Shown here one piece after another: positions 52,717 to 62,601 of a stretch of DNA of 64,000 nucleotides (positions are counted from its first letter, which is position 1; every line of letters starts with the position of its first letter). The notes below the pieces were generated by a model. It did not search any database. It had not been told where the DNA came from and was given only the letters and a program-made list of their open reading frames with translations. The DNA comes from an uncultured Pirellulales bacterium. GTDB lineage: Bacteria; Planctomycetota; Phycisphaerae; Sedimentisphaerales; Anaerobacaceae. The position numbers were made by a program, and so were the translations under genes. The DNA lies in NCBI GenBank assembly GCA_964431695.1, contig CAYSKI010000020.1:1877-65876 (forward strand), in the 5' to 3' direction.

Positions 52717-55700
52717 ATGACGATTATTTCGCAACAGAGCTTTGAAACCGAACCGAGGTCGAACAGCGCAGCCATCACATTCAGCAACCAGGCAAGCATT
52801 AACTGGCTGATGATGATATATTTTGCTTCCGGTATATGCTCGCTGATAGACGAGGTCATCTGGGTACGACTTCTTAAGCTGACTATCGGTAATACGGTGT
52901 ATGCAACAAGTATTGTGGTATCGACGTTTATGGCAGGATTGGCGCTGGGTGCTTTTATCATGTCCCGATACTCGGACCGCATTAAAAAACGACTGCAACT
53001 TTATGCCATCATAGAGACCCTTATAACCATTTCCGCTTTGCTGTTGCCGTGGGCCCTAAATATTGCAGATAAGATATATGTCTGGTTCTACCGTACTTAT
53101 GCACCAACGCCAAAAGAGCTGCTGGTTGTCCAGGTCGTTATCTCCGGATTGCTTGTGCTTGGGCCGTCCATGCTTATGGGAAGCACATTCCCGCTTTTAG
53201 GCAGATACGTGACCTCACTTGAAAACCAGACCGGCCGTTTGGTCGGCAGACTTTACGCCCTCAATACTCTCGGTGCAGCCGTTGGTTGCTTTATGGCCGG
53301 ATTCGTTCTGATCCGCTCGATGGGGATTATGGGTACATTGTACACAGCGGCAATAATCAATCTTTTTGTGGCTTTTGCCGGATGGCTTTTATCCCGATTT
53401 TCCAGGACTACTGCCGGAGAACATTGCCAGGAAACTCAGATTGTAAATGTGGAGATTATTGGGGCCTCTTCAGGTGGCGGTCGGATGTATCTGCTTCTTT
53501 TCGCTTTTTTTCTGAGCGGCTTAATCAGCATAGGCTATGAGCTGCTTTGGATGCGAAGCATCGTACATTTGCTAAGCGGATATACCTACGTTTTTTCGTC
53601 CGTTCTGACTATATATCTGCTTGGAAACGTTATCGGTGCGGGCATCGGCAGTGGACTTGTCAAAGAATTGAAAAGTCCCGCCGCCGGATTCGCCGTGACA
53701 CTATGCCTGTTGGGAATATACGGAATTTTGTATCTGCCCTTATTAATTCACTGGACTTCTGATATTCTGCCGGGTATCGATAGGGAAGTAGAGCTGGCAA
53801 GCAGAATCTTTTCGTTTTCAACATATATGATCCGGCCTCTCGTACAAAGCGCATTTTTGTTCCTGCTGCCGTCAATTATAATGGGAGCAGGCTTTCCTTT
53901 AGCACTACAAGCCTGGGCCGGCCACGTGCACAAAGTAGGCCGAACCACAGGATCGGCTTATGGAACGAATACTATAGGGGCAGTCGTTGGTGGAATCGCT
54001 ACCGGCTTTATTTTAATCCCGCTTCTGGGACTGCAGCTTACGATGTCCATCCTCTCTTTGGCGGGGATTTGGATTGCCGCTTTTATATGGATGCTGTTCG
54101 CCCGCCGCAACAAGGCATCGATCCGTCCGGAATTGTTGGTAGTCGCGGCAATTTCGACGTCGATTGTTGTTATAATGCCGCCGGATTTATTTAATACTGT
54201 GATTCAATGTAATCCGAGACTTCCCAGACAGCTCGAATTTGTTGCGGCCAAGGAAGGTGTCGCCACAACTGTATCTCTGCACAGAGACCACCAGGAGGAT
54301 ACTCTGTATCTTTGCACATCCGGCCAGAGAGTGGCAGGTGACACATACTTTTGGCGCAGCGACCAGAAAATGTTGGGGCACTTCGGAGTATTACTCAATA
54401 GTAAGGCGAAAAAAGTCCTGTCTATCGGATTCGGCTCAGGTGAAAGTACGGCCTGTATGGCACTCCATAAACTCGAAAGGGCCGATTGCGTGGAGATTGC
54501 CCCGGAAATCGTGGAACTTTCTTCCAGTTTTTTCAGGCATATTAATCTCAGTGACAGGCTGAACGATGAAATCGGTATGATTTATATGGACGCAAAAAAT
54601 TATATCCATCTGACAGACCTCAAATACGATGCTATCGTCAACGACTCCATCCATCCGAAGCATTTTGCAGAAAACTCGTCTCTTTATTCAAAAGAATACT
54701 TTGAAGACGCGAAGAAGCGCCTCGATGAAAACGGATTGTTTATCTCATGGATACCCACACACAATGTTGAGCCGGTTTATGTAATCAACAGCATCATCGG
54801 CACGATGATGGAGGTATTTCCTCACGTGACAATATGGTATATGACGCCGGACCCGGCCCAATATTTCCTCGTAGTCGGTTCGGAGAAGCCCCAGTATTTT
54901 TCACCCAGGCATATAGAGAAAGAATTATCGAAAGACGGCGTGCGTGAGAGCCTCTCCGAGATAAACATCAACAATAGTATGGATGTAATTAGCTGCTACA
55001 TCGGCGATGAGAACGACATGAGATGCTTCATCCGTTCATATACTACCAACAGTGACTTCCGACCTTTCATTGAGTTTACCACAGCCGACCAGCCCTCCGG
55101 CAGCTCGATGTTCCGGCGGTTTATTTCCAGTATCAGGAGTAATTCCGTTTATGAACATATTGACTGGAATGGATTCGGCCGGGAGCAAAAGAGCAAATGG
55201 CTTTCGGAATATGCGATTGTTCACAACGCCTCGAACTACCTGCTCGCCTCGAACGGGACCTCGAATCCCCTGGAAAGGTTGAGCTGCTGCATGGAGGGAC
55301 TTGCCATCCTGCCGGACAATCCCGCCCTTTCTAACCTGAGAAGAAGGACCGAGAAAGAGATTTTCACCGTTTATTCGAGCAGGATAAATTCCTATAGAAC
55401 AGAGGAGGCCTTGTTACAAGCGGAGAAAATGCTGAAAATCTATCCTCGCTCGGCGGTGGCGTGGCTGATTAAGTCGTTGTCCATGCAGCAAAAAGGCGAA
55501 ATTCAGGGAGCGCTCGAAGCGGCAAAGACAGCCGTCCGGCTGTCGCCTGAAACAGCGGATGCCCACTTTGTCCTCGGCACTATTTTATGCCGTAGCGGGC
55601 AAATGAATGCAGCAATCACCGAGTACAACAACGCAATGCGGCTTTCTGAACGGCCCCAAAAGTCTGCCATCTATAGTCAGGCAAAGATGTTGGATATTCT

Positions 55701-55818
55701 GACAAATTCTCGTATCGGTTCCGTCGAAAATATCGAGGCTAAATCCACCTCCGAGAAAAAAATGCTGGGATTGACCGGCGTACTCGAAAGAACCGCTGAT
55801 GAGACATCGGCAGATTGA
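52717..55818 (+). CDS. fused polytopic membrane / spermidine synthase-like methyltransferase-fold / TPR protein
   Basis: About 14 TM segments, then VLSIGFGSGESTACMA..VEIAPEIVELS..DAIVNDSIHP (SpeE-like class I fold), then C-terminal TPRs. ATG at 52717 after AGGAG; the longer ORF start lies inside the upstream terminator. Confidence 0.75.
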   Translation: MTIISQQSFETEPRSNSAAITFSNQASINWLMMIYFASGICSLIDEVIWVRLLKLTIGNTVYATSIVVSTFMAGLALGAFIMSRYSDRIKKRLQLYAIIETLITISALLLPWALNIADKIYVWFYRTYAPTPKELLVVQVVISGLLVLGPSMLMGSTFPLLGRYVTSLENQTGRLVGRLYALNTLGAAVGCFMAGFVLIRSMGIMGTLYTAAIINLFVAFAGWLLSRFSRTTAGEHCQETQIVNVEIIGASSGGGRMYLLLFAFFLSGLISIGYELLWMRSIVHLLSGYTYVFSSVLTIYLLGNVIGAGIGSGLVKELKSPAAGFAVTLCLLGIYGILYLPLLIHWTSDILPGIDREVELASRIFSFSTYMIRPLVQSAFLFLLPSIIMGAGFPLALQAWAGHVHKVGRTTGSAYGTNTIGAVVGGIATGFILIPLLGLQLTMSILSLAGIWIAAFIWMLFARRNKASIRPELLVVAAISTSIVVIMPPDLFNTVIQCNPRLPRQLEFVAAKEGVATTVSLHRDHQEDTLYLCTSGQRVAGDTYFWRSDQKMLGHFGVLLNSKAKKVLSIGFGSGESTACMALHKLERADCVEIAPEIVELSSSFFRHINLSDRLNDEIGMIYMDAKNYIHLTDLKYDAIVNDSIHPKHFAENSSLYSKEYFEDAKKRLDENGLFISWIPTHNVEPVYVINSIIGTMMEVFPHVTIWYMTPDPAQYFLVVGSEKPQYFSPRHIEKELSKDGVRESLSEININNSMDVISCYIGDENDMRCFIRSYTTNSDFRPFIEFTTADQPSGSSMFRRFISSIRSNSVYEHIDWNGFGREQKSKWLSEYAIVHNASNYLLASNGTSNPLERLSCCMEGLAILPDNPALSNLRRRTEKEIFTVYSSRINSYRTEEALLQAEKMLKIYPRSAVAWLIKSLSMQQKGEIQGALEAAKTAVRLSPETADAHFVLGTILCRSGQMNAAITEYNNAMRLSERPQKSAIYSQAKMLDILTNSRIGSVENIEAKSTSEKKMLGLTGVLERTADETSAD

Positions 55819-55858
55819 CCGGGTACGAACAAACCTTCACTACCTCGGTCATCCACAG

Positions 55859-55901
55859 GGCGGCTTTGCAAAACTCAGCGCAAAGCCGCCGGTTTTATTT
55901 T
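55859..55901 (+). terminator. rho-independent terminator
   Basis: ggcggctttgc (55859-55869) pairs with gcaaagccgcc (55880-55890), followed by ggttttatttt. Confidence 0.8.
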
Positions 55902-55992
55902 AAATTCACTTTTGGCAAAGTAAAAATCTGTCGTTAAAATACACTCTCAGTTTTCAATTGAATATTAGCTTCTCTTGTATGGGAGCCGAATA

Positions 55993-57960
55993 ATGGGACA
56001 AACGTTAGTCTATAAAATACTCGACAAACATCTGGTCGAAGGCAAGCTCGCGCCTTCTGAGCGTATTGGCATTCGCATCGACCAGACGCTCACACAGGAT
56101 GCCACAGGCACAACGGCTTTTCTGCTGTACGAATCCATAGGCATCGGGACAGTTTTAACCGACCTGTCAGTCAGCTACGTTGATCATAATTTGGCGGGTT
56201 TCGGCCCGGAGAACCACAATGACCACCTGTACCTGCAAACAGCCGCGGCAAAATACGGCGTTTATTTTTCACGGCCGGGAAACGGCATCTGCCATCAGGT
56301 GCACTTGGAGCGGTTTGGCAAACCAGGCGCGACACTCCTTGGCAGCGACTCACATACGCCGACCGGCGGTGGAATCGGTATGTTAGCTATCGGAGCCGGC
56401 GGTCTGGATGTGGCGGTCGCTATGGCCGGAGGGCCGTTCTACCTGCAATGCCCGAAGGTCCTGGGAGTACAATTAACCGGTGAGCTGAACGACTGGGTTG
56501 CAGCAAAAGATGTGATTCTCAAGTTGCTAAGCATCCTATCGACGAAAGGCAATGTCGGCTGGGTGGTGGAGTATTTAGGTGAAGGAGCGGAAAAACTTTC
56601 CGTACCTCAGCGGGCGACAATCACAAATATGGGGGCCGAATTAGGCGTGACGACGAGCGTCTTTCCCAGCGACCAGCAGACACAGAAATTTCTCACCGCA
56701 CAGAAACGCCGGAAGGATTATCAACCTTTGACAGCGGATACGGACGCCGAATACGACCGCATAATCGAAATCAATCTGGCCGAGCTTGAGCCAATGGCGG
56801 CGTGCCCATCTTCGCCGGACAACATCAAAACTGTAAAAGAAATCACCGGGCAGAAAATCTCCCAGGTCGTAATCGGCAGTTGCACGAATTCCAGCTTCAC
56901 CGACTTGATGATGGTCGCCGGGGTACTCAAAGGCAGGTGCGTAGATAAGATGGTCGAACTTGCAATTGCTCCGGGCAGTAAGGAAGTTCTGAATATGTTA
57001 GCCGACAACGGAGCTTTGGCGGACATGATCTCCGCGGGGGCAAGGATTCTGGAATCCGGCTGCGGGCCATGCATCGGCCAGGGTTTATCACCGGCAAACG
57101 ACACGGTGACTTTGCGGACATTCAACAGGAACTTCGCCGGCCGGACCGGTACAAAAGCAGACCAGTCCTATTTAGTCAGCCCGGAAACGGCGGTCGCTTC
57201 CGCCCTGACAGGCCAAATCACAGACCCGCGTAATTTACCGGAATTGTTCGCCATTAAATATCCGAAGATAGAATTGCCGGACGAATTTACCATCAACGAT
57301 AATATGATAGAAAAACCTTTACCCGAAAAAGAAGCGGCCAAGGTAGAGGTTCTGCGGGGGCCCACAATTGTGGTACCGGAGGCGGCCAGTCCGTTGCCGG
57401 AGAAACTAACGGGCAAGGTGCTGCTTAAATGCGGCGACAAAATCACCACCGATCATATTATGCCGGCGGGAACTTTTCTGAAGCTTCGCTCGAATGTTCC
57501 CGAATACGCAAAGGTTGTTTTCAACTGTTTCAACGAAGACGGCAAACCGACTTTCGCCCAGCGCGCTATCGAATTAAAAAAGAACGGGATCGCCGGTATT
57601 GTTGTGGCCGGTGAGAGCTACGGCCAAGGCTCGTCGAGAGAGCACGCGGCCCTGTGTCCGATGTATCTGGGCGTCAGGGTCGTTATCGCGAAAAGCATCG
57701 AGCGGATACACAAGGCGAATTTGATTAATTTCTGTATTGTCCCGATAGAATTCACCGAGCCGGCGGATTACGATAAAATCACTCCGGATGACGAGCTTCG
57801 AATCGACAATCTGCTCGAAGCAATCAAGAGCGGCGAAAAAGTAAAAATCACCACCGCTGACGGTTCGTTCGAATTCACCGGCAAGCTGGAACTCTCCGAA
57901 CGAGACAGGGAGATTTTACTTTCCGCAGGTTTGTTAAACTTTATACGAACAAAGGCATAG
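55993..57960 (+). CDS. aconitate hydratase (~650-aa short form)
   Basis: DQTLTQDATG, GNGICHQVH, GSDSHTPTGG, GSCTNSS, CGPCIG, and swivel domain GESYGQGSSREHAA. Confidence 0.88.
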   Translation: MGQTLVYKILDKHLVEGKLAPSERIGIRIDQTLTQDATGTTAFLLYESIGIGTVLTDLSVSYVDHNLAGFGPENHNDHLYLQTAAAKYGVYFSRPGNGICHQVHLERFGKPGATLLGSDSHTPTGGGIGMLAIGAGGLDVAVAMAGGPFYLQCPKVLGVQLTGELNDWVAAKDVILKLLSILSTKGNVGWVVEYLGEGAEKLSVPQRATITNMGAELGVTTSVFPSDQQTQKFLTAQKRRKDYQPLTADTDAEYDRIIEINLAELEPMAACPSSPDNIKTVKEITGQKISQVVIGSCTNSSFTDLMMVAGVLKGRCVDKMVELAIAPGSKEVLNMLADNGALADMISAGARILESGCGPCIGQGLSPANDTVTLRTFNRNFAGRTGTKADQSYLVSPETAVASALTGQITDPRNLPELFAIKYPKIELPDEFTINDNMIEKPLPEKEAAKVEVLRGPTIVVPEAASPLPEKLTGKVLLKCGDKITTDHIMPAGTFLKLRSNVPEYAKVVFNCFNEDGKPTFAQRAIELKKNGIAGIVVAGESYGQGSSREHAALCPMYLGVRVVIAKSIERIHKANLINFCIVPIEFTEPADYDKITPDDELRIDNLLEAIKSGEKVKITTADGSFEFTGKLELSERDREILLSAGLLNFIRTKA

Positions 57961-57977
57961 AACAGGAAAAGAAAATA

Positions 57978-58499
57978 ATGCCGGAAAAAATAGTGACAAT
58001 TTTCGGTACGGGACGAGCCGGACCGGGAGATTCCCCTTATGAGATTGCAGTAGAGACAGGCAAGCTGCTGGCCCGGGCCGGTTTTACAATCGCCAACGGC
58101 GGTTACGGCGGCACAATGACCGCCGCGGCCAAAGGGGCGGCCGAAGCCGGCGGCGAAATTATCGGTGTTACATGCTCGGCCTTCAAGGGCAAAGCCAACA
58201 AATACATCACCCGGGAAATTACTACCGTCTCACTCGACGAACGGCTGGATACACTGATAAAGTTGGGTCAGGCCTATATCGTTCTGCCCGGCGGAACGGG
58301 AACACTGCTGGAATTGGCGAAGGTGTGGGAATTAAAAAACAAAGGCTTTCTCGAATCACAAAAACCGATTATACTTATAGGCGGATTCTGGAAGCCGCTT
58401 GTCGAGCTTCTTGATACTGACGATCCGGACAGCGGCAGAGGCGTGAAACAGGTGGACGAGCCGAAACAGGCCGTTCGATTAATTGTTGATAATTGTTAA
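57978..58499 (+). CDS. LOG-family / TIGR00725-like Rossmann protein
   Basis: NGGYGGTMTAAAKGAAEAGGEIIGV..LPGGTGTLLEL. Confidence 0.8.
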   Translation: MPEKIVTIFGTGRAGPGDSPYEIAVETGKLLARAGFTIANGGYGGTMTAAAKGAAEAGGEIIGVTCSAFKGKANKYITREITTVSLDERLDTLIKLGQAYIVLPGGTGTLLELAKVWELKNKGFLESQKPIILIGGFWKPLVELLDTDDPDSGRGVKQVDEPKQAVRLIVDNC

Positions 58500-58545
58500 C
58501 TCAAAAAATTTCTGTAAACTGTTGTTTCCTTATTAGATACGTACT

Positions 58546-59406
58546 ATGAGCACGAAACTGTTAATTCTAATTTTGGCTCTTTCATCCGGCACCAATATAC
58601 CGAATATACAAACTCCACCGCCGGCTCCGTTACGTGACGGTTTTATCCTCAGAGATATCGACGGCAGATTAACATGCCCCGACAGCAATGACGTATGGTT
58701 CTTTGAGCTGGACTCGGATGTAACCGATAATGAAACTGTCATTAAAGCCCGGACAAAACTGAGGCTGCTGCCGTCGGCCACACTCGAAAAGATTATTACC
58801 GATGCCAATGAACGTTCCGTAAAACACTACAGGCTCGATGTCAGAGTTACACAATATAAAGGCGGGAATTTTCTGTTCCCATTTTATTTTCTGCCCATAA
58901 GCACCCCCAAAACATCCGAGTCAACTTCGCCGGATAAAACAGCTCCCGCGAAAGATTCCACAGATGACCCGAATCTCAATGATGAGAACAATATACTGAC
59001 CATACCGCCGGATGTATTGGAGAAGATTGAAGCAGCAAGAGCAAAGATAGCGCAAAGCGGGCAGCGCATATCCAACAGCGATGAAATTTCCACCGACAGA
59101 CAGAAATCGGCGACTGAAAAACAAAATCCGCCTGTTTACGATTCGGCTTTGATCGACAGAGCCGCGATTTTGGTCGAGCAAAAAAACGGTGGATTCACCT
59201 TCGTACTGGATGCCTTAGGTCGAAACGCACCTCAGGTCTGGTTCCAACTGCTGCCATGCGAAGCGCTGGAGCTGAGCGAGTTGATACAATCTGCCGTACC
59301 GGACCCCGTACGATTCAAAATAGCAGGTATCGTAACCAAATATAAAGGCACCAACTATCTGCTGCTGCAGAAGGCAACCCGGATTTATAGCCAGGGAAAT
59401 TTTTGA
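58546..59406 (+). CDS. hypothetical secreted protein with an internally duplicated ~90-aa module
   Basis: Signal peptide. The modules end ..LRLLPSATLEKII..YRLDVRVTQYKGGNFLF and ..FQLLPCEALELSELI..FKIAGIVTKYKGTNYLL, separated by a low-complexity linker. Confidence 0.55.
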   Translation: MSTKLLILILALSSGTNIPNIQTPPPAPLRDGFILRDIDGRLTCPDSNDVWFFELDSDVTDNETVIKARTKLRLLPSATLEKIITDANERSVKHYRLDVRVTQYKGGNFLFPFYFLPISTPKTSESTSPDKTAPAKDSTDDPNLNDENNILTIPPDVLEKIEAARAKIAQSGQRISNSDEISTDRQKSATEKQNPPVYDSALIDRAAILVEQKNGGFTFVLDALGRNAPQVWFQLLPCEALELSELIQSAVPDPVRFKIAGIVTKYKGTNYLLLQKATRIYSQGNF

Positions 59407-59422
59407 ATACAAAGGATAAAAA

Positions 59423-60736
59423 ATGCCCCACGAACTCGATAAAATTCTTATCTCTGCATCAAAGCCGGATTTCGAAAAACGAATGGGAAAATTTCGCTCG
59501 ACCATAATGCGGGCGGCGCGGTCCACCAGTCTGGGAAGCAGGGAAAACAAACAGGTGACCGATATACTTCGCAATGTTATCAAGCGCGGCGACCAGGCGG
59601 TAGCGGAATATACGGAAAAGTTCGACGGGGTAAAACTGACACCCGAACAATTCCGGGTAAGTAACATCCGGATGAAAAAAGCTTACATGGAAATCGACAA
59701 AAATATTTTAACTTCACTGCGTCAGGTGATCGACAATGTCAGGAACTATCAAACAGAAATTTTCATCGGCAATTTCGAACATCCCGGAATAAAATATACT
59801 CCCATTCAGAGGATCGGCATCTGTGTACCGGGGGCTTCTGCCCCCCTGCCGTCCACAGTAATTATGACCGCCGTACCGGCCCAGGTAGCAGGCGTCAAAG
59901 AGATAGTCGTCGTTTCTCCGCCAAGACATGAAAGCAGTATTCACCCAGCTATTCTGGCCGTTTGTCACGAATTGGAAATAGAGGAAATCTATCAAATCGG
60001 CGGAGTTCAGGCCGTCGGGGCTTTGGCCGCCGGGACTGAGACTATCAAAAAGGTAGATATGATTGTTGGACCGGGCAACAAGTGGGTGCAGGCAGCCAAA
60101 AAGATCGTATCCGGTGACTATGTCGGTATCGATTCGCTCGCCGGTCCGAGCGAAGTCCTTATCATCACAAACGAAGATGCCAATCCGGCGTGGGTGGCAG
60201 CCGACATGCTCAGCCAGGCAGAGCACGCCACGGACAGCAGTGCCATCGTTGTCACGGACTCGCAGCAGCTCGCGAAGGAAACGCTCGCGGAACTGAAAAA
60301 GCAGGTCAAAGAATTACAACGAGCGGAAGAAGTAAAACAATCCCTCAAGAAATTCAGTGCCATTGTTGTAGTGGACGATATCGCCAAAGCCATCGAGATG
60401 GCGGACGATTTTGCCTCGGAACATTTGGAAATTCAATGCGGCGACAAAAGCAGAGAAATAGCCCAAAAGATAAAAAACGCCGGTGCAATTTTCATCGGCT
60501 CCTATACACCCGTAGCGGTCGGGGACTATTGGGCCGGACCAAGCCACACCCTGCCGACCGGGATGCGGGCGAAATTCGCAAGCGCGGTGACAAGCAACGA
60601 CTTTATAAAATCCACCAGTATTATCGAATACGATAACGACCAGCTGGCTCAATGTGCCGCGGATATTATTCGCCTGGCCGAAGTCGAGGGACTTAACGCC
60701 CACGCAAAAAGCGTGAAAATACGACATGAAACATAA
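59423..60736 (+). CDS. hisD: histidinol dehydrogenase
   Basis: GICVPGASAPLPSTVIMTAVPAQVAGV, GPGNKWVQAAK, AGPSEVLII, QAEHA, HLEIQ. Confidence 0.95.
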   Translation: MPHELDKILISASKPDFEKRMGKFRSTIMRAARSTSLGSRENKQVTDILRNVIKRGDQAVAEYTEKFDGVKLTPEQFRVSNIRMKKAYMEIDKNILTSLRQVIDNVRNYQTEIFIGNFEHPGIKYTPIQRIGICVPGASAPLPSTVIMTAVPAQVAGVKEIVVVSPPRHESSIHPAILAVCHELEIEEIYQIGGVQAVGALAAGTETIKKVDMIVGPGNKWVQAAKKIVSGDYVGIDSLAGPSEVLIITNEDANPAWVAADMLSQAEHATDSSAIVVTDSQQLAKETLAELKKQVKELQRAEEVKQSLKKFSAIVVVDDIAKAIEMADDFASEHLEIQCGDKSREIAQKIKNAGAIFIGSYTPVAVGDYWAGPSHTLPTGMRAKFASAVTSNDFIKSTSIIEYDNDQLAQCAADIIRLAEVEGLNAHAKSVKIRHET

Positions 60737-60751
60737 CTGCTGATATACCTG

Positions 60752-61789
60752 TCACACATCCCAATTCAATTGTTGCCTGTATCGATTATAAAACCACCCT
60801 AATATATGAGCCGTGACCATCAGCAGATACATCACGACGCAGAGAATAATAAAATTCTGAATGAGTGTAAAATCCATGTCCTGCGTGATGGTGATAATGA
60901 AAAAACCTGCAGTCAAAAAAACCAGTATCATCGCGCAGTACGGCAAAAAAGCGCTGCGAATCGAGCCGGCTAAGAGAATAGGATTAAGGCCGGACAATAA
61001 AGAATCAAACATGACAAACGCCAAAAAGCTCATCGGCAGAAGCAATACTCCATATACAAACCAAATCCAGAATACCGTATCGATCCGCCGAGTGGAAAAA
61101 TAATAGGCCAGAGACGGTGCCACAAAAATTACGAAACAAACAACAGACCTCATCAACCAAAGCAATTCCCAAAAACCGGGAGTTTTATGAATTGTTTCCG
61201 GCGCCCTTATGCCGCCTTCGGCGCTGTCGCGGATACATTCACACAAATACCAGTAAAAAAACACATATAAAACAATCCGGACAAGAATAGATATACACAA
61301 CAATGGAACAACAATAACAACCATCGGCGATAACGCGGGAGTCGCAAAGCCGAGACTCCTTATAACTATTATTGAAAACCATCTTATCACAATAATAACT
61401 CCGAGGATCACCAGCCCGGACCGATTGGCCGGATAAAGGAAGATATCTATCGGCCAGGGAAACTTCCGTCCGGGCACGGATTCTTCCTCGTATCGCTCTG
61501 AACTTTGTGCAATCTTGTCTGGAGGCTCGGTAGCTTTACCGGATTCGCCGGTCCGTTTCTCCAGAGCCTCGCCAATCTGAGGCACTTCCAGAAGTGTCAA
61601 ATCGAAGGCGGAATATCTCGGGCCGTCCTTCGGCTCACTGGAACTGTCCTGTTTCGATACCGGAGCCGATTTCTGTGCTTCGGGAATAAATACAATATTC
61701 TTGCACTTCGGGCACCTGCCACTTTTACCGGCACTGCCTTCAGGCACATTGAATTTCTGGCCACAGTTGTTGCAGTGAAAATTAATCAT
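60752..61789 (-). CDS. zinc-ribbon + polytopic membrane protein, paralogue 1 of tandem family (DUF4013-like?)
   Basis: N-terminus MINFHCNNCGQKFNVPEGSAGKSGRCPKCKN (CxxC..CxxC), an acidic linker, then KFPWPIDIFLYP, YLCECIRDSAEGGIRAPE, FDSLLSGLNP and C-terminal GWFYNRYRQQLNWDV. Confidence 0.7.
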   Translation of the reverse strand: MINFHCNNCGQKFNVPEGSAGKSGRCPKCKNIVFIPEAQKSAPVSKQDSSSEPKDGPRYSAFDLTLLEVPQIGEALEKRTGESGKATEPPDKIAQSSERYEEESVPGRKFPWPIDIFLYPANRSGLVILGVIIVIRWFSIIVIRSLGFATPALSPMVVIVVPLLCISILVRIVLYVFFYWYLCECIRDSAEGGIRAPETIHKTPGFWELLWLMRSVVCFVIFVAPSLAYYFSTRRIDTVFWIWFVYGVLLLPMSFLAFVMFDSLLSGLNPILLAGSIRSAFLPYCAMILVFLTAGFFIITITQDMDFTLIQNFIILCVVMYLLMVTAHILGWFYNRYRQQLNWDV

Positions 61790-61824
61790 AAAAACTGTTT
61801 CTTCTTTACTTTAATACCGACATT

Positions 61825-62571
61825 TTACAGGCCCCAGTCAATTTTTTCCTTATACCACCAGTAGAACCAGCCCAACCGGTGCGCCAGAACAAAGACAAGA
61901 TATACTCTAAGAGCTTGTCTGAGAAATTCCCATAAGGGGAGCTTCGGTATGACCGCTGCAACGAATCCGCCAACAATGAGAAAGAACAGCACCAGCCCAA
62001 AGTACGGAAAGAATGCCCGGCATATCGACCGGACTATTTCTATCGGATTCAGGGCGTCAAAAGCATCGAACATAATTCCTCTAAGCAATGACATCGGCAG
62101 GAAAAATATTCCGTAAGCCGACAATATCCAAAACAACAAATCAGTCCGTTTAACGAAGACCGAATATAGCAACATCGGCGCTATACAGATGGCTACACAA
62201 CCTATAACAATAAATAACTGAGAAATAAAGTCACCTATGCTAATTGTATTCGGCATCGAGACATCCGTAGCCCGCCGATGACCCCTGGCACTGCCAGTTA
62301 CACAGTCTGCAATGTAATAGAACACATAGCTATAGAAAATGATATAAAGAACAAAAGCAACAGGCTCGGTGATCTCAGCAGTCGCTTGCCCAAGAATCGG
62401 CCCAAGGAAATGCCCAATTAATCCGACGAACCCAGAGATCAACAGTGGCACAATTACAAAGACCGCAAGGTGTATCATGCCGGATGCGCTAACAGGATAG
62501 AGAAAGGCATCGATAAGCCAGGGCAGCTTACATTCATCCGCCAACGGTGGTTCTTCTTCGAGTATTTTCAT
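61825..62571 (-). CDS. polytopic membrane protein, paralogue 2 (no zinc ribbon)
   Basis: KLPWLIDAFLYP, YIADCVTGSARGHRRATD, FDAFDALNP, GWFYWWYKEKIDWGL. Confidence 0.7.
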   Translation of the reverse strand: MKILEEEPPLADECKLPWLIDAFLYPVSASGMIHLAVFVIVPLLISGFVGLIGHFLGPILGQATAEITEPVAFVLYIIFYSYVFYYIADCVTGSARGHRRATDVSMPNTISIGDFISQLFIVIGCVAICIAPMLLYSVFVKRTDLLFWILSAYGIFFLPMSLLRGIMFDAFDALNPIEIVRSICRAFFPYFGLVLFFLIVGGFVAAVIPKLPLWEFLRQALRVYLVFVLAHRLGWFYWWYKEKIDWGL

Positions 62572-62601
62572 CGGACCGTCTTCTTTATTCGAAACAAAAT
62601 A

